Shown here: positions 46,801-58,566 of the stretch, piece after piece | Layout of the letters: each line of letters opens with the position of its first letter | Position numbering within the stretch: position 1 is the first letter of the stretch | Assembly (NCBI GenBank): GCA_051294905.1 | Contig: CM119372.1 | Location: 12,712,001 to 12,772,000 of the forward strand | Source: Botryllus schlosseri | Taxonomy: Eukaryota | DNA length: 60,000 bases | Direction of reading: 5' to 3' | Notes under the pieces: generated by a model | Database searches by the model: none | What the model saw: only the letters and a program-made list of their open reading frames with translations | What the model was told of the DNA's origin: nothing | Position numbers and translations under genes: made by a program

Positions 46801-49800
46801 AATTTTATCAAGTAGCCAGTACGATTTGAGAAAAAAAGTCATTTTTGAAGAGCCCTATAATAGTCACGAGTCATATGGCTTGGTTCGAGTCATGTACAAT
46901 GACTCCAAGTCGAGTCAATACACAGATTGTCTCTAGTAGAGTCGAGTCGTTTCCCTATTTTGAGAAAATGACTCGAGTCAAGTCGAGTCATCAGAAAATG
47001 CTGACTCGAGTCCGACTCGAGTGTGGTCAATCCTGCTATATATGAAAATACCAATATTATTGGCCAAATGCATACGCACACTTGAGAAAAAATCGCGAGA
47101 CCAGCAAATTTATGCATACTGATTTTTCACAGCAGTTATATTAGCGATTGGTGCATGATAAGTCGAAAACACAAATGGAAGTGCGGGGGTCTGTTGAGTC
47201 AAGCCTTCCAGAATTTGTTTGATTTGGACCAAGACCATTGTTTTTGGAGGTCTACAAAGTATTGTTACAGCCCTGCTAGAAACAGACACTCCGTACCTCC
47301 GGTCTTATTCTTCGGTCAACAGGTGATTGCGCGGTAAAAAATGACCTTTTTTAATCATCGGGCAGATTTCTCCTAAGGGGGGGAATTTTGGCTTAAATTT
47401 CGGCCAAGGGAGGCACGAGATGAAAAAGGTTGGGAACCACTGCTCTAGTGGGAGTAGAAGCAACGCTGTAAATTTCCACTAAACTACTAATGGATGTAGC
47501 GATGCAAAAACTACTTCGAGTGGAAGCAGAAAATGAAGCGTATTCAAAGTAAGCTACTTTTCGAATAGATTTTCAGTTACCGTGACGCAAGGGTCATTTC
47601 TGCCGGATTGTCATGACAATTTCTCTCATGAACGCGACACAAACCCATCCAAAAAGCACTTTCCTCAAAAACAAAAGTACGCACCATGTGTCCCTTGAAC
47701 TTTTTCTTTTGCTTCACCCGGAACTTGCCGTGCACGTCGAAAATCATGATCTGATTGTCCAGCGACTGACATCCCAGCCATTTCCCGTTGGGGGACAGCG
47801 TCACAGAGGGCATCGAGTGCATACCCGGGTCGGCGATATATTTGAAATCGACCGGGATATCCCTGTGAAACACATATATCGTGCATGCCGCGTAGGACAA
47901 CGAATGGCGTATCGGGGCACCCACCATTCCCAGACCCGTAAGCTCTTGTCGTCGGAGGTGGACACAAAACGCTTGTTGTCGTCGACGAAGGTGATGGTGT
48001 TGACCGCGCCGAGATGTCTGTCGTATTCTTGGACTATTTCACCGGATCTGGTGTCCCACTGAAAAGCGATATGTCAGGGTGAAAAACTTGATTGAAATGT
48101 TCCAGCAAAGTGCTCAGAAGCAAACACAGGGCCGTTACTGTAATCGAATGCAATCACGATTGTTCTGTAAAGCACAATTACAGCCAAATTACGTATTAGG
48201 CGATGACGGTTACTTGGATAAGCAATCACATCAGGATTACATATATTTTGTTCCTTTTGAAGACAAGATACTGTTAAGATGAGACTGTATCGTGGGTGAA
48301 TAAAATTTTGAAAATAGTGACACCACGATACATCCATTGAGCAGATGTATCTTTGAACGCATGCAATTCCCATCAATTTTGCTTCATAGCTACGGCGCAC
48401 ACTAACCTGGTATAAGTGGCTAACTGATCATACTAACATGTATGTTGAATATCTATCGACTCCGCGACTATGCGAGGTGTGGGTGAAAAGAAAAAAAAAA
48501 CGCTGACGAACAAAAAATGCAGGACTAAATACTTTCAAGGGTAGATTCATAGCCGGAAATCTACTCAATCCCGCATCCTATTTAACAGCAAGTTGTGTGT
48601 CTATCTGCACAGGGTATGCCCCGACGTACCGTAATTATTTTCTTGTCAGCGAGACCGGCTACAAAAAGATGTTGTTTGTCTTCGTCCGGGTTAAATTTGA
48701 CGCAATACGGGATCTTTTTGTTGGTGAATCGTCCTTTGCAATCGCCTGTAGAAAAAGAATTAATGACAGGTGGGAAGAGCATCAACACTATATTTCTCAA
48801 TGGTTAAATACTTCTGAGCCGCATGGCACCCATAGGGGTGCTTGTGGAAATCAAGGACATGAACGGTCTCAACAACCGTCGACACTTCAAAACTGACTGT
48901 GTCCCACCAAATCACACAAAACAGTTGGTGGAAGCATTTACACACACACACAAACAGGTTAGGCCTAAACTATTGTGAACTGCGTCCATACCCGTTTCCG
49001 TATCCCAGAGCTTGATGTATCTGTCGTAACCGGCGGTGAGGAACTGCGAACCGTCATTCGAGAAGCAAGCGTCTCGCACAGCCTTCCCATGCCCGTGGTA
49101 AGTACGTATCAGACGGCGACGACCATATACTTCCCATAGCTGTCGAGAACGTTGATACAGATGGATCAATTAATCACCAAAGGTGAGTGCATGCGAGGAC
49201 ATTAGAATTGAAACAAGACCAATATCACAACCAATCCCTGACATTTATCACTTAACCCCAGATCCACGCTGTGGTTAGAAATGCGCACTTGTAGAGTAGA
49301 TGAACCTACTTAGGTGTGTAATTTTACAAAAATTAAAAAGTACCCGAAAGTTGTCTTCCCAAAACATGTCACGAGCCACTTGATTTTGTCATATTTGGTG
49401 ATACAGCTGTTGCTACACAACGTTCTTACCACATCTCTGCTAGGTGCTGACGATTACCCCAGGCGAGTGTTAGCCAAAAATATTCGGGTTTCTTTCAATA
49501 TCAATATATTATTCAATTGTGTATTGAGGCTCTGTAGTCTGTATATCTTTGTTTTGTAAAGATGAGATCCAGAGTTTACCAAATATTTAATTTGATATAG
49601 TCCTTGGAAATATGATTGCGGTGCAAAACAATGCTTTTTAAAAGTTTTTACTACAATTGTGAAAAGTCAATGAAAAATGAACCAGAAGGGGACCCTCTAT
49701 ACCGTGCTAGTAGCCTAATAGATAAAACTCACTTTAACTTTACAATCCATCGAAGTAGACAAGAGTAAATGCCCCGATTTCGGAAATAATCGAATCGCCG

Positions 49801-52800
49801 ACACGCCGCGCGTATGCCCGCTCCACGTGTGAATGAGCTTTTTGGGCAGATAGCATTTGTCCGGCGGGTCGTCCGACTTCAAGTTGACCCCGGTGTCTTG
49901 CGGGATATGAAGGAAAGACCGGCCCTGCGGTCAGAAAATAAATTCGGTCAGCAAGTGGCCGAGTACTGCCAATCGCTCGGCAATCGAGACGGAATCGAAA
50001 ATCGGTACTTTTACTTGTGCATAAATTTTGCGAGTGCAATTATCATATTGTATTTTCGTAAATTGCCCCGTCAGTGGGAGGGGTCATCATCAGTCGACTT
50101 GCTATTTCTAAAGCAACCCGTTTCCGATTTACTAATAAATGTATGCGGCTCCTCGACCAAATCTACGTTTCAAAACAACTTACTCGGAGTACATCTCAGG
50201 CAATTTCTACTTTTACTGGAAGTAGTTCTGGAATGCAGATATTTAGGGTTTACTACTACTCTAGTGCCACCTCTGGTCAGAAGACGCAGGAACGTTCCAA
50301 CACGTACCTGATAATCTTTTGGATCCTTGACGTGCAGTTGCGTTTTCTCTTCGAAAGACGGCTGCTCGAAGTTCTTCGCCCGCTTCTTGCGTTTCTCCAA
50401 AAGCTCGTTGATTTCCTTTTGCTCTTCCTGGGAACAGAGTTGAGCAATCAGAAAATTTTCAGCTTTCCAAATTATCTTAGAATTTATTCATAGCTAGTTT
50501 ATCCAAAGTAGATTAGAATTACCGAATTAGAAAAAGCTTAGAAATTGAATTAATTCCAGACTAGAGAGAAATACAACAAAAATCGAGTTCAGAGATCACT
50601 CTCATAAGACTGACAATGGTTAATATCTGCACACCAAGCACGACCCATTTCGCACTACACAGTTCTCCTTTAGCATTTTCAGGACCAGAAATTAGATTAG
50701 AATGAAATTATTACTTCACAAATTAGATTACGGGCGTTTGTCTCTAATTAAGCGGCTAGAATACGGTAATTTAATCGTCCGAGTCAGCCTGGAAGGGGCA
50801 CAATGTCGAGACCATTACCGCCAAGACTCGGCCGACACGCCTTTTTCTCAAAACGCAATCAATAAAACAGACGTACATCCGTCGGTTTAGCGATCCTGTT
50901 ATCATCGACGAATCCGCCCCACGGTCCCAGGAAGCCGTCCAAATCTTCGGGGTCGTTGCATCTGACCCGTTTCCTCTTGTCGCCTTCCCGTTTTTTCACT
51001 TTTTCCGCCACCGTTTTCTCTCTCTCGTCGTTGTTTTTGGCGATCAGCTCCTCCGCGATATCTCCGGAAACCATCTTCGTACCGGGAGTGCCGGAGTCGT
51101 CAATCGACGGGTCAACGGCGTAGCCTGATTACGAAGTCAAATTGCAATACGTATCGCATAATGCATACGTGTAAATGTTGTCTCGACTGGGTCTAATTAC
51201 CGTAACTGTGGAAGGTTCGTCTTTGATTCTCAAAGTGGAAGGCGTTGAAATGAGCGTCCTCGACAAAGCCAGTCAGAGTGTTTTTGGCTGCTAGCTGCTG
51301 CTCGGTTTTGAACGGGTTCAGGGGGCCCTAACAAATACCAATACACAGTGGTTGCAATGGCTCATTACACAGTTTAAACTTCGTAAAACGATTTGAGCGC
51401 ATCGATCAAGGAACCAGAACAATGAAAGTCAGCATTTGTACACGGACACTGTCTTTGATGAAATTCCTGTATTCCAAAAATTTCTCCCATCCATTCTACA
51501 CTTTCAGTATATATTCTATACTTTCTTAAAAGACGGCGCTATATCCTATACATCAGGGGTTCTAAAATTTTTTAAAACCGCGACCCAAATCTGAGTCTAG
51601 TGGCATCTCGGGACCCAAGCCTCACACAAAAGACAAACCGCCTTTCTTCTTGTTGCCACGCGACTTGCCATTTGCAAACGTGTGTATTTCAATTATATGT
51701 AGACTCATTCCGCCACATCCTACTGTGTATTCCATCCATTCCAATATATGTAACTGAGGCTATACTGTCGTCGCATTCTCGTTGAGATCAAGTAACCAGG
51801 GTTGTAATGACTCGACTCGAGTCAGGATTTTCTGATGACTCGACTTGACTAGAGTCAATTTGTGTATTGAATCAACTTGGACTCGAGTCATTGAGCATGA
51901 CTCGAACCAAGTCATATGCCTCGAGACTCAGACGGCCAAGACCGACATTTCTTTGTAATTTCGAAGAATAGTAAAGTAAACACACTACAGGGATTTCGTC
52001 TAGTGGTTCTGGTGCTTGAAAATGCGACCAGAATCGGCTAAAAGTGAGGAAAATTTGTATATTAGAAATGTGAACCCTTCGATATCACCAAACAGACGTA
52101 TGAAAAGTGGATTCCAGAAGACTTTAACTGGAAACTGAGCAGTCAGCAAAATGACTTGGACTCGGACTCGAGTCATACTACAATGACTCGGACTCGGCCC
52201 TCTGCTCGCTGACTTGGACTCGGACTTGACCCGGTGGTGAATTGAAAATGACTCGACTTGACTCGAGTCAAAACTATAAAAGTAAGAGTGACTTGTGGCT
52301 TGGAGCCTTGTGACTTGGTTACAATCCTGTCAAGGACTAACGTAGGAACGTGCCTCTGTTACTGCAAGTTAAGTATAACTACCTAGCCACAACTTACGTG
52401 GAACTCGGGGTTCAACTCAAGCAGGTTATCAAACAACAGCACGCCCTCTACATCATGAATTCAAACTAATTTGCGTAATACAAAGATCGACACATTTTCA
52501 TAACGAAGCCAAGTTGTAGCAAAGACTTTTCTGCGTGTCTCGCATATGGTCCATGGTACCCAACACAGCGACCTCGAATATACCCACCAAAAAAAAAAAC
52601 AGGAAATCGCGCGCGGAGCAAAGAAAATTTTTCGCTGCAACAAATACTAAATCAATGTTAAAAGATCGCTTAGTTACCGTTGTGACACAAAATTACACCC
52701 TTCGCGACTCATACTTCAAGAACCCCTGCTATACATGTTGCATGCGGGGTCAGGTTCACATTCGAAGCGAGATGTCATTCAGTGAAAATATTCCAATGAC

Positions 52801-55767
52801 AGCAATATCATCATCGGCTATTGCAAAAATAGCTGCTTGCCCGAACTTGAATGGTATAATCAGCAGTTATTTGAAGCATGATCACTACCCAAAGTTTTCA
52901 GTCAGAATTTAGATGGTTTAGGCTCAGAAATGCTGCCTTGGTGAACTGTTACCGAATGTCAAGTAAGAATCGTGAATTTGGAAGAAGGAAAATGTCACAC
53001 ACGGACAAACACTGTGTGCTTGGCAGGCTGCGATATTGAAAACATTGTTACCTGCTCGGGGGAGAAGAGTTGTTCGTAGGTAGGGTTGAACATGACTTCT
53101 TTATTCTCTGACTGATCAACAACATCAACGCTCATGGCTATGACGTCTTTCTGAAAAGTAAGAGTGAATTGAAGAGGAAGCATAGGCAAAATTAAGATAT
53201 AATACTCTAATTTCAGGGCCCGCTGACATCTTTAGTAAGCATTTCCAAAGAAGAACTCTCGACCTTAACCAGAACCAGAGCAATCCACACATTTTGGATT
53301 CTCATTTGGCCATATTCCGAATGAGGGGCTCTATTCCGTGAAAGTTTGCCATGACAGCGATTGGTTACTTTCCACCTAATCAAAATATTGGCAAGTCATT
53401 TCGGCTCAATTCACCCTAAAGTTACAAGCTTCAAATTTTCACTGCTCTGAAGTTTAGATTACGGTACGCTAGCAATGCGGAATATATGTTCGCGTTTCAC
53501 TATTTCAGCATTTCAGGAATCGGCGCCATTCACTTGTTTGAGAAAAGCTCGGCAGGTTCTTTGTTATTGAGAGATCAATTCACATATTCCTACCAAATCA
53601 ATGAAATGTTTTAGGTATAGGCCCCTATGGAATCTCGGTTCATTTTTTGAAATAAATCCTACGTGATGAGAGCTTTTCTGCATAGAATAATCAAGTAATT
53701 GAACGGAAAGTTCTGCGTGAGGTTATCACCAATTCCACTCTGGCGTATTGCGATTACCAGTAAACTCGACACTTGGTAAATTCAGTCCTTGGAAAATTTG
53801 TTATCAAAGGGCCGAATTCACCGAGGGCCGAATTTACCGAGGGCCGAATTTACCAAGTGCCGAGTTTACGGGGCCGAATTTACTGGCAACCGCGTATTGG
53901 TACCAAATCAGTGGGCCTACCACCACACCACTGATGAACTGATGGACACATCTCAATAAAGTTACCTTCTCGCTACTGTATCTAAATGATTTTCGAAATA
54001 AGTGAATCTTCTCCTAAACGTCCAATGTCTCAAACGACTTGTGCGAAACGTCGAACTTTCCGAATGGACTGTCATTCTCGTTTTATACAACATGACATGA
54101 CAGTGTGAGTCTATGACGGTAACATGACTGCAGTTTTGCAAAATTAAATGACCTTAGGCTTTATATAGTACCGTGATACATGATCAAAGAAAGACACCGA
54201 GACGTAATGGCACTTCTTCGATGGCAGTCAGAGATCGAAAAGTGTTCACCATGATCACCAATGAATGTTTTCCATGAACACGAACAAAAATTTATAAACG
54301 TCAAAATAAACTGTCTTTTTTGTGCCTTTGGAGTGACGGAAATTAGGGTTGGGGTGGGGCGAAAGGGAGATTAGAAGAGGGTTAGGGTCAAAGTTTGGGT
54401 TAGGTATCTCAAGATTAGGGAAGGGGGATATTAGGGTTGCGGGAAGGGGATATTAGGGTTGTGGGAGGGGGATATTAGGGTTGCGGGAGGGGAATATTAG
54501 GGTAGGGGGAGGGGGATATTAAGGTTGTGGGAGGGGGGATAATAGGGTTGGGGAAAAGGAGATTGGAGGTGGGTTAAACCCCGGTTAGGAGTAATCTAAC
54601 CCCAACTTTGAACCTAAGCCACCTACAACCCCCCAACCCTAATATCCCCCCTTCCCCAACCCTAATCTTGGGATAGCCTACCCAACTCCAATCTCCCTCT
54701 CCCCTGATCCTAATATCCCCTACCCTAAACATAATATCGTCCCTCCTGCAACCCTAATATCCCCCTCCCGCAACCCTAATATCCTTCTAACCCCAACCCT
54801 AATATCCCCTCCAACCGTAATATCCCCCTCCCACAACCCTAATATCCCCCTAACCCCAGCCCTAATACCTCCTCCCACAACCCTAATATCCCCCCTCCCG
54901 CAACCCTAATACCCCCCTAACCCCCTGATTGGAATCTCCGTCCTTTTTTCGAAATAAATCCTGCGTGATAGAAGCTTTTTTCGCGTGACAGAGTCAACTT
55001 TGCGGCGTGACAAGCAAGGTTACAGACTTCAAATGACTGTGTTAAGCCAGTGACAGGAGATCAGATGCTAATGGTTAGCAACTGGTAAGGTGCAAGTACT
55101 TTACCAACAGACAGTAATCAACAGATCCTGGCTTGAGGATTAGGTCAAAACATTATATACCACATACTAACTGGAATATAGCATTTGGAGTGGCTGAGAA
55201 CATTGACTTTTTTTCAATTTTTTTTTAATGAAATCAACGACCCGTGACGGCGTGACCGCGTGCAACTGGCGACCAAGTCGGCGTGATCCTGCGTGCCTTG
55301 GACACCGATTCCATACTGGCCTAACCCCAGCCCTAATGCCCCTCTCCCGCAACCCTAATACCCCCCTCCCGCAACCCTAATCTTGGGATACCCTAAACCC
55401 AACTTTGACCCTAACCCTCTCGAAACGCAAAAACAAAACAATATATTTTGACGTTTATAAATTTTTGTTCGTGTTCATAGGAAACATTCATTGGTGATCA
55501 TGGTGAACACTTTTCGATCTCTGACTGCCATCGAAGAAGTGCCGACGTAATTTCGTAATTGATTTACAATACAATATACAAGACATAAGATGCTACCTTT
55601 GATATCACTTCAGGTGCTGCTCGAACCAGTTCCATTTTCGTTGAGGACGTGCTAGGAGCAGCTTTGAGATGCATCATGGCCTCTTCCGGGGCAGTTACGT
55701 CTTCTTCTGACTCTTCATTCTCGCTAGAGTCTGCATATGCCGTTTTTAGAGCTTGGATAGAAGCCAT
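43812..55767 (-). CDS. CDC40: Pre-mRNA-processing factor 17 (CDC40/PRP17), WD40 second-step splicing factor, 584 aa
   Basis: Phase-consistent exons 55767-55597, 53150-53052, 51327-51201, 51124-50877, 50427-50308, 49924-49733, 49139-48992, 48745-48630, 48058-47925, 47862-47685, 44033-43812 (1755 nt). Diagnostic motifs: [109 protein letters not shown]. Confidence 0.97.
44079..44426. mobile_element. hAT (Blackjack-like) MITE
   Basis: TIRs TAGGCTTACCATA / TATGGTAACCCTA; perfect TSD TTTTATAT. Confidence 0.88.
45781..47035. mobile_element. GACTCGAGTC-repeat hAT MITE (nested, itself interrupted)
   Basis: Ends CAGGGCTG / CAATCCTG; TSD GTATATAT / CTATATAT; matches the uninterrupted inverted copy at 51797..52329. 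Confidence 0.82.
46192..46857. mobile_element. Foldback element: ~315-bp near-perfect inverted arms around a ~30-bp spacer
   Basis: TAGGGCTCTTCAAAAATGAC... / ...GTCATTTTTGAAGAGCCCTA; ATAGTCAC repeated on both flanks (2 extra nt on the right); a diverged single arm occurs at ~42740..42975. Confidence 0.88.
51554..52728. mobile_element. Charlie/Buster-like hAT element with nested MITE
   Basis: TIRs CAGGGGTTCT / AGAACCCCTG; perfect TSD CTATACAT. Confidence 0.82.
51797..52329. mobile_element. GACTCGAGTC-repeat hAT MITE (nested)
   Basis: TIRs CAGGGTTGTAA / TTACAATCCTG; partial TSD (TCAAG..). Confidence 0.8.
53752..53891. mobile_element. Small MITE with 15-bp internal tandem repeats (Mutator-like)
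   Basis: TIRs GATTACCAGTAAA / TTTACTGGCAACC; 9-bp TSD GCGTATTGC / GCGTATTGG; about five GGGCCGAATTTACCGA-like units. Confidence 0.7.
54209..55543. mobile_element. TIR element (~100-bp TIRs) filled with TTAGGG-containing G-rich/C-rich minisatellite arrays, in CDC40 intron 1
   Basis: GGCACTTCTTCGATGGCAGTCAGAGATCG...GTCAAAATA mirrored at ~55445..55543; perfect TSD GACGTAAT; ~21-nt units ATTAGGGTTGCGGGAGGGGGAT (54342..54590) and their complements (54595..54925, 55320..55420). Confidence 0.85.
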
Positions 55768-56080
55768 GTCCACACAATATTCCCAATATGCCAATGTATC
55801 GACGAAGTCGGCAACAAAACAACAGTCTACGACGTAAACTCCGCGATTCACTTTGCTCTTCGCTCCAGATCAGTGAAGCGTGAGTTACCACCGAACTGCA
55901 TTCACAAGTAAAATTTATTGAGCATTGATTGGGAAGCCTTACTGAACCGAACTTGAAAGATATGGAAAGGACGAGTTATGTCCATTGATGTTGACCTTAC
56001 ATGAAACTTCGTTACTGTCCGAGTGTCCAATATCAAAATGATGCGAAATTGCATCCTTTTATTGCGTAGCCCTTATAAAG

Positions 56081-56496
56081 TAGGCTTACCATATTTTGGA
56101 AATGTAAAAAGAGGACACTTTTTCAGAAATTTCAGACATGCAAAACTGGAGAAGAATTCTCAAAAACCGGTAGAAAAAAGAAAGGTCATCACTTCCGCTC
56201 AGAGCTCAAAATAACGTTTTTCTCTCTACATTGCCAGGTGGAGGACTAAAAAAATAAAGGTCTTCTTTTCGCTCAGGGCTTAAATCACCACTTTTCCCCC
56301 CGAAATACCCGCCGGAGCTTCACTTCTGCGCTAATTTACGGCATGTCACTCGCGATTTCCTCTAAATCTGACCTAAATTTTCAAAAAAGAGGACAAAATC
56401 TCAAAAAAGAGGACAAAAGGGCGTCCTCCGAGGACACTTTCAAAAAAGTAAAAAAAGAGGACAAATCCTCTTAAAAGAGGACGTATGGTAAGCCTA
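56081..56496. mobile_element. hAT (Blackjack-like) MITE ~310 bp upstream of the CDC40 ATG
   Basis: Perfect TIRs TAGGCTTACCATA / TATGGTAAGCCTA; perfect TSD TTATAAAG. Confidence 0.9.
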
Positions 56497-57688
56497 TTAT
56501 AAAGGCCACGATTTTGTGATTGTAATTTACAACTTAGCTAAGTTGTAAATTGCAAAGTTTTTATCTCATATCAGACCGACCCATGCTTGTGATCACATTT
56601 TCAATGCGATGCATTGAACAAATACCAAGGATCCAGGACATCTATGACAATAACTTCGATTTTCCGTAAGAGAAAGCTACAGGTGTGGCGACTTCTCAGT
56701 TCTCACAAAGGCATTATTTCTTGAAAATAGGACTGTAGAGATTACTATATTGTGAATGCGATGCATTCGATATCACCCAAGCAGATACGTAAAAAATGGA
56801 CTAAACATGATTTGAACTAGAAACTGAACATTCAACATGCAGTAATTTGGACTTGGACTCGAACTCGACTCTCTGCTCCTCGACTTGGACTCGACTCGGT
56901 GGTTGAAAATGACTCGACTCAAACGATAAAATTAAAATTGACTTGAGACTTGCTTACAATCGAACATCTTACGGATTCTGATAGGACGTTGGTAGTTTTT
57001 CAGAAACAGGATTTATCAAACCCATTTTCAGTAGAAAAATGGGCTAATCGCACTAAACGGTAGCGCGTTCATTTCCTCGCAGTCATCATCAATCATCATC
57101 TGATTCTGAATTTCCAGTTTGTGAAAGTGATTGTAGTTTAAGCCAACTCACTTTGTAGAGGTTGAGAATTAACTCGATGTTATCGTGTATCTGCACATTC
57201 CGACAGCACGTAATTACCGATGACATGGGCAGAGTTATTTTCAGATCCAGATGAATAGGAAGACACAGGATCGGAACTTGGCCAGGATTTTAGTGATCAA
57301 AGCGGATCCGGATCATGGAAAACTGAACCTATCTTTAAGCATGCCGTATAGGTAACCAGCATGGCGAAATCCGTTTTAGTGTGTGTGTCTTGCTCAGATA
57401 ATATTATCTGGCGATCATGTTAACTTACTGTAGGCGCACGCCCTGAATGTCGAAAATAAACTTACTGCATAGACAGATACTCTTCGATTGTACAGCGGGC
57501 ACTATTGCCGCCCAATACTCATTTTTCTCCGGTCACGTACTGCCAATCAGACGGCCAGGTCTAGTGCAACCCACACTACTGCAAAGGCCATAGCAGAGTA
57601 GTTCCTCACTACATCATAAAAATCAGCCTAGAGTCAAGACACCATTCAGCAATACACAAACGACGTTTACGTCATATCAACTCAAATT

Positions 57689-57694
57689 TTTATT
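57689..57694 (-). terminator. Candidate polyadenylation signal of the right-most gene
   Basis: TTTATT on + at the end of the presumptive 3'-UTR exon (acceptor at 58245). Confidence 0.45.
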
Positions 57695-58566
57695 CAGCAT
57701 TCGACAAATCGATCCAGACAGATCGACACTTGAAAGCAGACACAAAAACAAGAAATGGGGAGTTCATGACATTTGGCACAGTTTATGACAGTGGGTCTAT
57801 TAAATATGCTGGAGCCATGGACATACCCAAGAGGTGAAAAGGCGACGTGCGCATTCTGAGCTGCCATCTTGGTTACACCCATGGTCAGGGTCACAACCCC
57901 CGTCATAAGCTTCTTGGAGGTTGAAACTACTTCGAAAAAATGATCACCGCAAAAGTATACCTTGCTCAAGTCGGATTCAAAACTGCACGACAATCGCCAG
58001 CCCAACAATACAAGACTTAAACAAGTCTGAAGATTACTTGAATTGGTCAAGCATCACGATTTCATCAGATAGAATTCCACGTTTGCAGCACGCTTAGCTA
58101 AGACATGAAGTAAGGTATGAGTCGTGACGCAGTAAACAGGAAAGTGATCATAAAACGTGGTCATTTCCCCTCGTGCTGTTGGCTATTGGCAGTGGCTCCG
58201 GCAACCCAGAATGCGGTGACCTCCACGAGTACTTTAGGTTCCAATCTAAAAACAAATATGCAATCAATGAAAAAAAATTGTAAACAATAGTCACATGACA
58301 TTTGCGTATGCCACATAAATCAAAAACAGCTGTTGAGTATGCAAATTTGAAACCCTAAAACCAAACCCAACCCCTAACCTAACCCACATAATCACATGAT
58401 ATCCGTTATACGCTCATGTTTACAGATTGTCCAGACGGACCAAAAAAAAACATAAAAGAAAGACATGAAACACTCATGGTTATCAACATCAACTACATAT
58501 TCAGGACACAGCACAATAACATGCGTTCACTTACTTCAAAACTTGAAATTGTAAACGACACGTCTT

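Larger units (their letters stand above)
45191..47442. mobile_element. Charlie/Buster-like hAT element hosting two further nested insertions
   Basis: TIRs CAGTGGTTCCCAACC / GGTTGGGAACCACTG; perfect TSD CTCTAGTG. Confidence 0.88.

Noticed and set aside
47613..50493. Long plus-strand ORFs (149, 165 and 139 aa)
   Set aside because: Antisense shadows of GC-rich CDC40 exons with no independent protein features.
53805..53885. Short regular repeats (GGGCCGAATTTACCGA) as a CRISPR-like array
   Set aside because: Units are directly tandem with no unique spacers, and lie inside TIRs with a TSD in a eukaryotic intron.
54342..54925. True telomere, chromosome-fusion scar or telomerase RNA template
   Set aside because: Units are ~21 nt rather than pure (TTAGGG)n, and the block is bounded by TIRs and a TSD inside an intact gene's intron.
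55768..57689. Tunicate-style operon linking the right-most gene to CDC40
   Set aside because: The genes are co-oriented but separated by ~1.9 kb containing TE insertions; there is no abutting poly(A)/trans-splice junction to support it.
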